The notes under the pieces: model-generated
Databases searched by the model: none
What the model was told of the DNA's origin: nothing
What the model saw: only the letters and a program-made list of their open reading frames with translations
Shown: positions 17,986 to 26,469 of the stretch, in pieces
Position numbering within the stretch: position 1 is the stretch's first letter
Layout of the letters: the number at the start of each line of letters is the position of its first letter
Virus record (IMG/VR): IMGVR_UViG_3300010388_000098
Location: 1-39,465 of that record
Origin: a virus
Reading direction: 5' to 3' (one strand)
DNA: 39,465 bases
Made by a program: the position numbers and the translations under genes

Positions 17986-18233
17986 TGAAGGTGACTCTGC
18001 CGATCGCATTCTGGAGCGATCATAAGAACCGCGGCTGCTCGCAATCAGCGATCGAGATCAGTCGCAACAAGCGATTCGTCACTTTGGAATTAGATCCGGC
18101 AGCGCTCGAGGATATTCTTTCGGATGCTGATTACTACGCCTCCTATGATCCGCAGGATGGCGAGGAGGAGATGCGCTATTGGAAGCCCAAGGCGCAATCG
18201 ACCCTCAATGCTTTGAAGCGAGCAATGGAATGA
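17985..18233 (+). CDS. Hypothetical protein (82 aa)
   Basis: ATG 17985 overlaps the upstream TAA (TAATG). The N-terminal part of the longer track ORF overlaps the previous gene. Confidence 0.5.
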   Translation: MKVTLPIAFWSDHKNRGCSQSAIEISRNKRFVTLELDPAALEDILSDADYYASYDPQDGEEEMRYWKPKAQSTLNALKRAME

Positions 18234-18451
18234 TCCGGAAAGTTGAAAAGCCTTCTCAGGCCGTCCTTGATTTCGACAAAGTAGAATCATCTTTCACCCG
18301 AGCAACCTCGCATCCTTTGAGTAAAGAATCTCGAGGCTGGTGGGTTTCTTACTATGATCAGCGGCTCAATCAGATCTCTACGATCTATGGAATCGAGCCG
18401 GATGATCTGATCCTTGAATGGATGAAATGGCGCTCAAGATCTAAGCGCTAG
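18230..18451 (+). CDS. Hypothetical protein (73 aa)
   Basis: ATG 18230 overlaps the upstream TGA (ATGA). The 3' end overlaps the convergent minus-strand gene by 11 bp. Confidence 0.5.
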   Translation: MIRKVEKPSQAVLDFDKVESSFTRATSHPLSKESRGWWVSYYDQRLNQISTIYGIEPDDLILEWMKWRSRSKR

Positions 18452-18806
18452 GGATCTCGATCCAAGATGTAGTTGCTTCGTCCCATGAGTAGAACTTTCC
18501 ATCCTCAGGGTATGCAACTGGCGCTTCCCATCGACAAGTATCTTCGTTAAGGATCCATGAAGCAAAAGGCTGCGGAGCAACAAAAGCGCCGTCCGGAGCA
18601 TTAAGATCAGGGCGAAAGTGAAAACCAATGCCCGCGTAATTCTTGCGGTAGTTGTTATTGTATGAGGTGCGCTTGCAGACTTGCCCGCGGAATTCTCCGT
18701 AGTGCGCTTCCCAATCGCTGATCCCATCAATCACTTCATCTTCGTTGCGACCTGTGATCACTTCGGTCACGATATTGCTTGAATCAAGAAATGCGTAGTG
18801 TGCCAT
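18441..18806 (-). CDS. Hypothetical protein downstream of the Gly-rich fibre-like genes
   Basis: 121 aa (MAHYAFLDSSNIVTEVITG...). The start overlaps the upstream stop by 1 nt. Trp/Tyr-rich and apparently globular. Confidence 0.6.
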   Translation of the reverse strand: MAHYAFLDSSNIVTEVITGRNEDEVIDGISDWEAHYGEFRGQVCKRTSYNNNYRKNYAGIGFHFRPDLNAPDGAFVAPQPFASWILNEDTCRWEAPVAYPEDGKFYSWDEATTSWIEIPSA

Positions 18807-19891
18807 TAGATTGTAACCGTTCCTGTTCCTGATGTGAATGTATAAACTCGGTAGCCTGCTCTCGATGTTGTGCTGACTGAATAAGTCAATCCTACACCGA
18901 TCGATGAGAGTGCGGTGTTAGTTGATGGGTAGGCAATAATCACAACGCCAGATCCTCCAGCGGTTCCTGATGTTGATGATGATCCATTACCGCCTCCTCC
19001 GCCGCCGGTGTTAGTAGTTCCCGCGGCAGGAGTGTCTCCTCCTGCAATGTTTGCGCCACCGCGGCCTCCGCCTCCAAGGCCTCCGGTTGAATAAGTGGTT
19101 GAATCAGTCCAAGATCCGCCTCCGCCGCCGCCGGCGTAATAAGTGGATGATCCCGTGATTGAATAAGCAAGACCAACGCCGCCATTACCGCCGCGGCCAG
19201 ATGCAGCCGCAGATGACCCGGATTGTCCTGCCGCTCCTGCTCCTCCGCCGCCGCCCGATGGGTAAAGATTTCCGGTCGGACCTGCGTTTTGCAATCCGCT
19301 GCCGCCCGCGAATCCATATCCAGTTCCGCCGCCAGAATTGCCTTGATTCGCTGATCCGGGAGTGTTATACGAAGCCGCCCATGTTGAGCCGCCTCCAGAT
19401 CCGCCTGTCGCTCCTACATAGTTCTCAGAGCCTCCGCGGCCTCCGCCGTTAGCGGTGATTGTATCCAGCACAGAATTGACGCCAGATGATCCGACTGATC
19501 CGCCTGCTCCGACAGTCACAGTAAATGAAGATGCAGGGGTGCGCGCTGCCTGATAAACCAATCCTCCAGCACCGCCGCCTGCGCCAACATTGGAGGCATT
19601 GCCCGAAGCGCCTCCGCCTGCAACTACCAAGACTTCAATCGATGTTGGAGCGGTTGGCGCAACAGTTCCGGCAATCACCCAATCGGTTCCGTTATATTGG
19701 TAAAGATTATTTAGCGTGGTGTCGTAATAAAGATCTCCCTGAGATGCGCTTGCAGGACGCGCAGCGGTAGATCCTCGATCCGGCCATACCTGAACCGGGT
19801 GAGTATGTGCGCCGACTCCGATTGGGATCCATTGCCCTCCAGTTGCATCCCAAACATACGCGGGGCGTGTGGTATTGCTGATCTCTGCCAT
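18806..19891 (-). CDS. Glycine-rich domain protein, paralogue 3 (fibre-like)
   Basis: 361 aa. N-terminal GDLYYDTTLNNLYQYNGTDWV, then VVAGGGASG...FTVTVGAGG...GGSGVVIIAYP...GYRVYTFTSGTGTVTI. The architecture is shared with the two upstream genes. Confidence 0.75.
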   Translation of the reverse strand: MAEISNTTRPAYVWDATGGQWIPIGVGAHTHPVQVWPDRGSTAARPASASQGDLYYDTTLNNLYQYNGTDWVIAGTVAPTAPTSIEVLVVAGGGASGNASNVGAGGGAGGLVYQAARTPASSFTVTVGAGGSVGSSGVNSVLDTITANGGGRGGSENYVGATGGSGGGSTWAASYNTPGSANQGNSGGGTGYGFAGGSGLQNAGPTGNLYPSGGGGGAGAAGQSGSSAAASGRGGNGGVGLAYSITGSSTYYAGGGGGGSWTDSTTYSTGGLGGGGRGGANIAGGDTPAAGTTNTGGGGGGNGSSSTSGTAGGSGVVIIAYPSTNTALSSIGVGLTYSVSTTSRAGYRVYTFTSGTGTVTI

Positions 19892-20865
19892 TAAATAGTC
19901 ACCAATCCTGTGCCTGCGGTAAATGTATAAACTTTATACCCGGTGTATGTTGTTTTTGTATAAGTCAATCCAGCCGCGATTGTAGTCAAATCTGCATAAG
20001 AATCAGGGTAGCGAACAATAACAACTCCTGATCCACCTGTTCCGGATGCATTGGTATCTTGAGATCCTCCGCCGCCTCCGCCGGTATTCGCCGTTCCGTT
20101 TTGAGCGCTGCCAGTTCCGCCGGCTCCACCACCCGAAGATGCAGATCCCGCTCCTGTCTGGCCGCCGCCTCCGCCGCCGCCTGCGCGACCAACGGATGTT
20201 CCTGTAATTGTAGAAGCAACGCCAGATCCTCCATTGCCGCCGACTGATCCGGATGCATTAGATCCAACGCTTCCAGCGCCGCCGCCTCCGCCGCCTGATG
20301 TGCTTGAGCCTGTGCCGCCTCGGTATCCTTGATTCGCAGTAGGATCATTGCCCGGCTGATTTACGCCGCCGCCGCCCGAAGATCCGCCAGTTGCGCCATT
20401 GCGAGATTGATTACCGCCGCCTCCGCCGCCAACTGTTGTAACAAGAGATCCGAATGAAGAGGCGACTCCGCTTGCTCCATTATCAACATTTGTATTTGTA
20501 TTTCCAGCGCCGCCTGCGCCAACTGTTACCGTATATGAAACGCCCGGAACGACTGTGATCGCAGTTTCTTGCGATGCTCCGCCTCCAGATGATCCAACGC
20601 TTGAGCGATATCCACCCGCGCCGCCACCGCCTCCGCCGTAAGCACCATTGATGCGGCCGATTGATCCTCCGCCACCTCCAGCAATTACAACAAAGTCAAG
20701 TAAAGTTGTTTTGTTTGACGCTCCAGCAAGAACCCAGTTTGCTGAGTTCTTTTGGTAGAGATTATCTTCTGTTGTATCGTAATAAAGTTCGCCCTGAAAT
20801 CCTGTTGGTCGATTGGCAGTAGATCCGATTGCAATGCTTGAAGCGATGTCTCGTGCTCTGGTCAT
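19891..20865 (-). CDS. Glycine-rich domain protein, paralogue 2 (fibre-like)
   Basis: 324 aa: GELYYDTTEDNLYQKNSANWV, VIAGGGGGS, YTVTVGAGGAG, GGSGVVIVRYP, GYKVYTFTAGTGLVTI. Confidence 0.75.
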   Translation of the reverse strand: MTRARDIASSIAIGSTANRPTGFQGELYYDTTEDNLYQKNSANWVLAGASNKTTLLDFVVIAGGGGGSIGRINGAYGGGGGGAGGYRSSVGSSGGGASQETAITVVPGVSYTVTVGAGGAGNTNTNVDNGASGVASSFGSLVTTVGGGGGGNQSRNGATGGSSGGGGVNQPGNDPTANQGYRGGTGSSTSGGGGGGAGSVGSNASGSVGGNGGSGVASTITGTSVGRAGGGGGGGQTGAGSASSGGGAGGTGSAQNGTANTGGGGGGSQDTNASGTGGSGVVIVRYPDSYADLTTIAAGLTYTKTTYTGYKVYTFTAGTGLVTI

Positions 20866-21806
20866 GCGATGCTCACCGTTCCTGTTCCTGCCGTGATTGT
20901 TGTGACTTTATTGTCGCCTACTGTTGCGGTTGAACTTGTAAGGCCTGCTCCAACAGTCAAAGTTGAAGCGGAAGGATAACGAAGGATCATCACGCCAGAA
21001 CCGCCGTTGCCTCCGCTGCGATATCCAGCGCCAGCGCCACCTCCGCGGTTTGCGGTTCCATTTCCGCCCGCAGCGTATCCATTGCTTCCATTGCCGCCGC
21101 CGCCATTGCCGCCAGCGCCGCCGGTGCTTGCGCCTCCGCCACCACCGCCGCCTGAATAATAAACCGAAGATCCTGTGATTGAAGAGGCAGTACCTATTCC
21201 TCCAGCGCCGCCGGTATTTGAGCCAACGCTTGCAACTCCCGCAGCGCCAGATCCTCCGCCTCCACCGCCAGCGCCTTGATCGCCGGAGCAATTGCCGCCA
21301 TTGAATCCTTGTCCTGTGGTTCCGCTTCCGCCAACAGTCACGCCTTCTCCACCGCCTCCGCCCGATCCACCAGTTCCCGGAGTTGTCCAGCGATCCGGAT
21401 TTGAAGCAAGGCCGCCGCCTTGTCCGCCGCCAAGAGAAGTTGTCGAAATAGATCCACCGATGATCGAAGAACTTGAGCCGTTTGTTGGATTGTCGGAGGT
21501 TCCGCTACCGCCGCCTCCAATTGAAACTGTGTAAGAAAATCCGGGAGTTAAAGAGAGCGTTGATTCAGCCGATGAATTGCCGCCAGATGTTCCAGCGGAA
21601 GTTCTGAATCCGCCTCCGCCTCCGCCTCCACCCCAGTTTCCGTTTGTTCCTGATGTATCGACAGGACCTCCGCCGCCACCTCCGGCAACAATTAAGAAAT
21701 CGACAAAGACCGCCGTTGCAACATATTGATTGCCATACCATGTTGAAACCGCACCGGATGTAGATGCGTTAGTGAGTCGCGCTCGCTCTCCGAACCGGTT
21801 GCTCAT
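20862..21806 (-). CDS. Glycine-rich domain protein, paralogue 1 (fibre-like)
   Basis: 314 aa: LIVAGGGGGG, YTVSIGGGGSG, GGSGVMILRYP, VTTITAGTGTVSIA. It lacks the LYYDTT N-terminal motif. Confidence 0.75.
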   Translation of the reverse strand: MSNRFGERARLTNASTSGAVSTWYGNQYVATAVFVDFLIVAGGGGGGPVDTSGTNGNWGGGGGGGGFRTSAGTSGGNSSAESTLSLTPGFSYTVSIGGGGSGTSDNPTNGSSSSIIGGSISTTSLGGGQGGGLASNPDRWTTPGTGGSGGGGGEGVTVGGSGTTGQGFNGGNCSGDQGAGGGGGGSGAAGVASVGSNTGGAGGIGTASSITGSSVYYSGGGGGGGASTGGAGGNGGGGNGSNGYAAGGNGTANRGGGAGAGYRSGGNGGSGVMILRYPSASTLTVGAGLTSSTATVGDNKVTTITAGTGTVSIA

Positions 21807-22159
21807 TAGGCGATCCGATTCACATAACCAAAGATGTTAATTACATTTGTTGTTCCAGCGAATGCTCTGATCTCAAGGCCATTCTGCAAAAGAATGCCGG
21901 GAGCGATCAAGATCATTCCAGTACCTTCGGCTCCGATGTTGATCTCAATGTTTCCGTTCGGCGCAGTTGCTTCGCCCCACTCGAGAGTGAGTTTGATTGC
22001 AGCCGATGAGGTGTTGTGGGCGTAGAGCCACACTTCATCAAGAGAAGATGTTCCAGATACCGCGGTATGGATCAGAGTGCCAGCGGTTGCAGTTGCAGCC
22101 ACGAGGATTCCCTTGCCATTTGTTGATCCGCTGAGTAATTGCTTGGAGAATGTTGCCAT
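21806..22159 (-). CDS. Hypothetical beta-rich protein between the collagen-like and Gly-rich genes
   Basis: 117 aa. It starts 10 nt after the collagen gene stop, and its stop overlaps the next start. Confidence 0.6.
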   Translation of the reverse strand: MATFSKQLLSGSTNGKGILVAATATAGTLIHTAVSGTSSLDEVWLYAHNTSSAAIKLTLEWGEATAPNGNIEINIGAEGTGMILIAPGILLQNGLEIRAFAGTTNVINIFGYVNRIA

Positions 22160-22168
22160 CTTTTTATC

Positions 22169-24343
22169 CTAACCGAAGATCTGGTTCGCGAGAACGAATT
22201 GATCGGATTGATTGAGCCCATTGATTTGTGCTTGCGTATAAGTATCTGCCGTGGTGATTTGAAGCGGACACAAAATTATCACAATGTCGCCAGCAATAGT
22301 TGCAGACGCGAGCGTGATCGATAATCCATCCGTCGCCGTGTAGTCGGTGCCTCGAGCAAGGAGAACACCATTGAGGTAGAACATTTCAAAGCCGGGCGTA
22401 TAGATCAGAGGGATCGAAGAACTATCGTTGCCGCTAAATGTTGTGGATCCAGCCGCCGGAGTTACTGTCCAGCGAGTCACCACATTCACCGGGGTATTCG
22501 CGTCAGTATCGACCCAGATCAATCCATTGGTAGGAGATACTGGTTCGGTTGGCTGAGCAACGCCAGCGTTAGTTCCTTGGATTCCTTGAAGGCCGAGGAT
22601 GCCCTGCGTTCCCTGCGTTCCAGTTAGGCCTTGAGATCCTTCGATGCCTTGAATTCCCTGAGCGCCGATCACGCCTTGATTGCCTTGAATACCCTGAGTA
22701 CCCTGCGCTCCATCTTGGCCGATATAGCCCGCAACGCCCTGAGTTCCCTGAGATCCGATCAAGCCTTGAAGGCCAAGCGTTCCCTGAATACCCTGCGTTC
22801 CTTGAGATCCATCGGCTCCGATATATCCGGCAGTTCCTTGTGCGCCCTGCGTTCCGATCGTGCCTTGAGATCCAGTAATTCCTTGGATCCCTTGAGTGCC
22901 TTGAGCGCCGATCGCTCCCTGAATACCGGTGAGACCCTGAGATCCTGTAAGCCCTTGGATGCCCTCGATGCCCTGAGATCCATCGGTTCCTTGGATTCCC
23001 CCGGCTCCTTGAATGCCAGTAAGGCCTTGAATTCCGATCTCTCCTTGCGCGCCGATCGCGCCTTGAATGCCTTGAGATCCGATCGTGCCTTGCGCTCCCT
23101 CTGATCCGGTTGCGCCTTGCGCTCCGATCAATCCCTGAACGCCCTGCGATCCATTGAGGCCATTGGTTCCCTGCGCGCCTGTGAGGCCTTGAGATCCGGT
23201 TGCGCCTGTTGCTCCTTGGATCGAGTAAGCCACCTGAGTAGCGGTTGCGATCACGGAAGGAACGGCAGGACCACCATCAATCGGAGCAATGGCCGAAGTG
23301 ATTGCGATCGCGGTAGAAGTTGAAGCGTAAAAGATTTGGATGTAATCGTTCGCGTTTAAAGAATAAACCCAGTTCCATGACGGCACAATGGATTCATTGT
23401 TGTCCACCATATAGACATCAGAGTTTGAGTCTGGAAGATACGCGCCATTCTTTGCCAGCCATATTTGTATGTGCTTATTAGCGCCAGATGTGGAAAGCAA
23501 TTGTAAAGAGAATTGAATGTTGTAAGTTCCGCCGCTTGTGAAATTGATGCGGCTGGAATTGCTGAGATTGACTCCGTAACTTTCAGCGGTTGATCCGATA
23601 TTGATCGCATACGCGGTATTGATCGCTGCCGGGGTCTGCGTTGTCAGATCATAGAAAGATCCGTAGAAAGCGAGCGATCCGCCAGCGCCTACTGATCCTT
23701 GAACGCCTTGGATTCCGAGGCTTCCCTGAATTCCCTGAGCGCCTTGGCTGCCGATAATTCCTTGAACGCCTTGAGTTCCTTGTGCGCCGATCAAGCCTTG
23801 GATGCCTTGTGTGCCTTGAGTTCCGGTATCGCCTTGGATTCCAGTAAGGCCTTGCGTTCCAACTGTCCCCTGAATGCCCTGCAAGCCCTCGGATCCTTGG
23901 ATTCCGATCAAGCCTTGTGCGCCTGTATGTCCTTGGAGGCCTTCGGTTCCCTGCGCTCCTGTCGATCCTTGAAGCCCTTGGATCCCTTGAAGCCCTTGAG
24001 CGCCCTGAGTTCCAGTCGCTCCTTGAGTTCCGAAATTGCCTTGGATGCCCTGAGTTCCTTGGATGCCGACAGTTCCCTGCGCCCCTTGGATTCCAGTAAT
24101 GCCTTGAGTGCCTTGGGATCCTGTTGATCCTTGGATTCCCTGCGCGCCAGTTATGCCTTGGATGCCTGTGAGGCCTTGGATCCCCTGCAATCCTTGAGTG
24201 CCTTGGCGGCCTTGAATGCCTTGAGCGCCTGTTGTTCCTTGAGCGCCCGGAAGGCCGATCTCTGAGACGACAATGTTTGGAACATCGCCATCAACAACAA
24301 CGACTCTGGATCCATCTCCCTCAACAACGATCACTTCGCTCAT
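22169..24343 (-). CDS. Collagen-like triple-helix repeat protein with an internal C1q/BclA-like globular domain
   Basis: 724 aa. There are two long uninterrupted G-X-Y tracts (about aa 33-215 and 375-590, mostly GxQ/GxT). They are separated by a ~160-aa non-repeat domain (SGGTYNIQFSLQLL...IWLAKNG...). A C-terminal ~130-aa domain follows. Confidence 0.85.
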   Translation of the reverse strand: MSEVIVVEGDGSRVVVVDGDVPNIVVSEIGLPGAQGTTGAQGIQGRQGTQGLQGIQGLTGIQGITGAQGIQGSTGSQGTQGITGIQGAQGTVGIQGTQGIQGNFGTQGATGTQGAQGLQGIQGLQGSTGAQGTEGLQGHTGAQGLIGIQGSEGLQGIQGTVGTQGLTGIQGDTGTQGTQGIQGLIGAQGTQGVQGIIGSQGAQGIQGSLGIQGVQGSVGAGGSLAFYGSFYDLTTQTPAAINTAYAINIGSTAESYGVNLSNSSRINFTSGGTYNIQFSLQLLSTSGANKHIQIWLAKNGAYLPDSNSDVYMVDNNESIVPSWNWVYSLNANDYIQIFYASTSTAIAITSAIAPIDGGPAVPSVIATATQVAYSIQGATGATGSQGLTGAQGTNGLNGSQGVQGLIGAQGATGSEGAQGTIGSQGIQGAIGAQGEIGIQGLTGIQGAGGIQGTDGSQGIEGIQGLTGSQGLTGIQGAIGAQGTQGIQGITGSQGTIGTQGAQGTAGYIGADGSQGTQGIQGTLGLQGLIGSQGTQGVAGYIGQDGAQGTQGIQGNQGVIGAQGIQGIEGSQGLTGTQGTQGILGLQGIQGTNAGVAQPTEPVSPTNGLIWVDTDANTPVNVVTRWTVTPAAGSTTFSGNDSSSIPLIYTPGFEMFYLNGVLLARGTDYTATDGLSITLASATIAGDIVIILCPLQITTADTYTQAQINGLNQSDQFVLANQIFG

Positions 24344-24723
24344 CGAGAAACCTCTGCATCAATTTGAACAATGCCGCGGCCTAAGAATACGGATTCTGTT
24401 GCGATCGCTGGAATACAACGAAGATCCCAAACAAACTTACCGGGAGGGCAATCAATTCCTGCATCCACTTGCACCTGAGGGCAGGTGGTCGGATTGAAGG
24501 TGAGGCCATCGCCAACAGTCAATTCAAGAACTGTGGTGCGGCTCAACGCATTCTCGCGGAATTGAAGGATCGGCGTGTATCCGGTCAGATTGATCGGATC
24601 ATTGAGATCGTAATTCCCATTGGCGTCTTGCTGGCAATATGAGAAAGCGATCAGCCAATTCTGGTATTGGCGTAGTTGAAGATTAACCGCATCGGGTGTT
24701 TGGCTAAGCGAGAGGGTGGTCAC
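24340..24723 (-). CDS. Hypothetical Ig-like/beta-sandwich protein
   Basis: 127 aa. It overlaps the TerL 3' end by 20 nt and the collagen gene start by 4 nt. The pattern LTGYTPILQF...GKFVWDL...GRGIVQI is typical of small phage Ig-like domains. Confidence 0.5.
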   Translation of the reverse strand: MTTLSLSQTPDAVNLQLRQYQNWLIAFSYCQQDANGNYDLNDPINLTGYTPILQFRENALSRTTVLELTVGDGLTFNPTTCPQVQVDAGIDCPPGKFVWDLRCIPAIATESVFLGRGIVQIDAEVSR

Positions 24724-26101
24724 TTGATTGATCTCCTAGCGGGGCGAGGCATTTCGGACAGGTTTTGTTATTTCGAGATGTAGGCGTATTGCATTTAGGG
24801 CAAAAGTTGGCGAGCGCATTGAGAAAGTTGAGCGTCTTGGATCCTTCGGACAATTCAGTCAAAGCCCAGACAAGCGCATCCATTCGATCCGGGGACTTAT
24901 CTGATACGCCCGGCTCATACTCGCACATCTGATCCTCAAGATCAGAGAAGTAGCCAACATGATGAACGCGGCCTTGCTCATATAGCGCAGCGATCGGCTC
25001 GGCTCTTACTGCCTTGCCTCTGGATGCGGTGACTTTCTTTACCGGGATCGTTGCTTTCACTTGCTGGAAGAGATGCACGACAAGATCGCCGCCGTTATTA
25101 ACTTCGGCAACAATTCGATCGGCTTTGTATCGCTCATAGACTTGAACGGCCTTCATTGCCCACTCCTGAGGAGAGGCTTTCAGCGTATCGTCCGAGAGAA
25201 TGTAGAAATGGCCTTGAGAATCCATCGCAGCGGTCACAATGCCGGTCAGATCTGAATCTTCTCCAGATGTAACGGCAGGATCCACGCCGACTACCACGCG
25301 GGTAAATGGAGGCAATAGATCCGAGGCTTTGCGGCCTTCGTCAATTGTTGCTCTGCTCCAGAGCGCTCCCGGATTGTCGTCCAAGATTGCGCCGTAAAGT
25401 TCTTGCTGCCCTAAGCGGGTGTTCGCATACTTCCGCTCAAATTCAGCAAGAGCAGCGGGAGCAAGATTCGCAGCATTGTCGAAAGTAGATCCTCGAGTAA
25501 CAAATGTATGTTCGTCGCTGATCAATTCCTTGATGATCTTTGTAGGCCTTGGCGTTGTTGTGATCACCGTCTTGGGATGATCTCCAAGGCGCAGGCCGAA
25601 CTTGTATTGATCATAAGTTTCAGCCTTAGGCCATGCGGCTAACTCATCGAGCCATCCGCCGTGATGCTGAGGACCACGCAAGCGATCAGGCTCTTCCGCA
25701 GAGAAGCCTTTGATCTTTGATCCATTAGGAAAAAGGTAAGTGTAATTCGAGCGATTGTAATCTTTATCGTTAAAGATTCCGTAGCGTTTTAATACTTCGA
25801 CAATTCCAGACTCGCCTTCAAAGCAAGTGTCTCGAATATCAGCCGATGTCTTCGCTATTACCGCCCACCGAGTCTTGGGATTCATCAACGCTTCCCAGAC
25901 TATCCACTCCGCTCCGGTTCTCGTCTTCCCCCATCCGCGCCCCGAGAGAATCAACCAGTTGTGCCAACTCGAGTCCGGCGGTAATTGGTTCGCTCTCGCT
26001 TGCCTCGACTGCCATTGAACTCTCGCCTGCGCTAATTGGAGGGTTTGCTGCGAGTAATGCCGCGAGGTCGCGGACTGCTCGATCAATTGATTCGCTGCCA
26101 T
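24704..26101 (-). CDS. terL: Terminase large subunit
   Basis: 465 aa. Walker A LSGRGWGKTRTGAEW, Walker B-like GGWLDE, and C-terminal nuclease-like motifs (VGVDPA..., VAEVNNGGD, PDRMDALVWAL). Confidence 0.9.
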   Translation of the reverse strand: MAANQLIEQSATSRHYSQQTLQLAQARVQWQSRQARANQLPPDSSWHNWLILSGRGWGKTRTGAEWIVWEALMNPKTRWAVIAKTSADIRDTCFEGESGIVEVLKRYGIFNDKDYNRSNYTYLFPNGSKIKGFSAEEPDRLRGPQHHGGWLDELAAWPKAETYDQYKFGLRLGDHPKTVITTTPRPTKIIKELISDEHTFVTRGSTFDNAANLAPAALAEFERKYANTRLGQQELYGAILDDNPGALWSRATIDEGRKASDLLPPFTRVVVGVDPAVTSGEDSDLTGIVTAAMDSQGHFYILSDDTLKASPQEWAMKAVQVYERYKADRIVAEVNNGGDLVVHLFQQVKATIPVKKVTASRGKAVRAEPIAALYEQGRVHHVGYFSDLEDQMCEYEPGVSDKSPDRMDALVWALTELSEGSKTLNFLNALANFCPKCNTPTSRNNKTCPKCLAPLGDQSSDHPLA

Positions 26102-26462
26102 CCCAAGTCACTACCTCTTGCTCGATCTTGATCGGTTTATCTAACCCGAGCAGTTTAGCGCGTCTTTCCATCAAGCGGGCAATTGCGAGGATGGATCTTA
26201 CATCGCCTTTCATGGCTTGAGGCCAAGCGGCCAATTGCAAGCGATCAATGCGATCAAGTTCCTGCTCCCGAAGTTCATCGGCAGGTTGCTGCATGGTGCG
26301 TTGGATCGCTCTCTTGTAAGCCGCATAAGCGCCAGTATGATCGGCGTATCCAGTCTTCTCAGCGATCGCTTGCCAAGTGTATCCAGCGCGGCGGAAGTTG
26401 AGGACTTTCATCTCTCGATCCACCAACTCTGGGCTTGGAACGGCTGCGTTGTGATTTGGCAT
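25839..26462 (-). CDS. terS: Terminase small subunit (putative)
   Basis: 207 aa, immediately upstream of TerL. N-terminal HTH-like LNFRRAGYTWQAIAEKTGYADHTGAYAAYKRAI, a helical core and an acidic tail. The last 87 codons overlap TerL. Confidence 0.6.
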   Translation of the reverse strand: MPNHNAAVPSPELVDREMKVLNFRRAGYTWQAIAEKTGYADHTGAYAAYKRAIQRTMQQPADELREQELDRIDRLQLAAWPQAMKGDVRSILAIARLMERRAKLLGLDKPIKIEQEVVTWDGSESIDRAVRDLAALLAANPPISAGESSMAVEASESEPITAGLELAQLVDSLGARMGEDENRSGVDSLGSVDESQDSVGGNSEDIG

Positions 26463-26469
26463 GGTGTGA

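Noticed and set aside
18940-21534. Alternative-frame ORFs inside the three Gly-rich genes (for example the Arg/Trp-rich 20908-21291 and the Pro-rich 21292-21534)
   Set aside because: These are frame-shifted or antisense readings of GGN repeats. They have no start context, and the three main ORFs form a coherent paralogous family.
22631-24127. Long plus-strand ORFs (22631-23104, 23117-23323, 23699-24127, 23917-24099) and the minus-strand ORF 22759-22983 inside the collagen-like gene
   Set aside because: They are by-products of the strict 9-nt G-X-Y periodicity. The peptides are monotonous L/S/A/R repeats, and the ORFs lack SDs and lie entirely within a gene with a clear collagen reading frame.
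22169-24343. Highly periodic DNA that could be mistaken for a CRISPR array or a non-coding tandem repeat
   Set aside because: The period is 9 nt and in frame with a 724-aa collagen-like ORF. There is no repeat-spacer organisation.
25846-26220. 124-aa plus-strand ORF antisense to the terS/terL overlap
   Set aside because: It is antisense to two well-supported genes, has low-complexity Ser-rich translation and has no start context.
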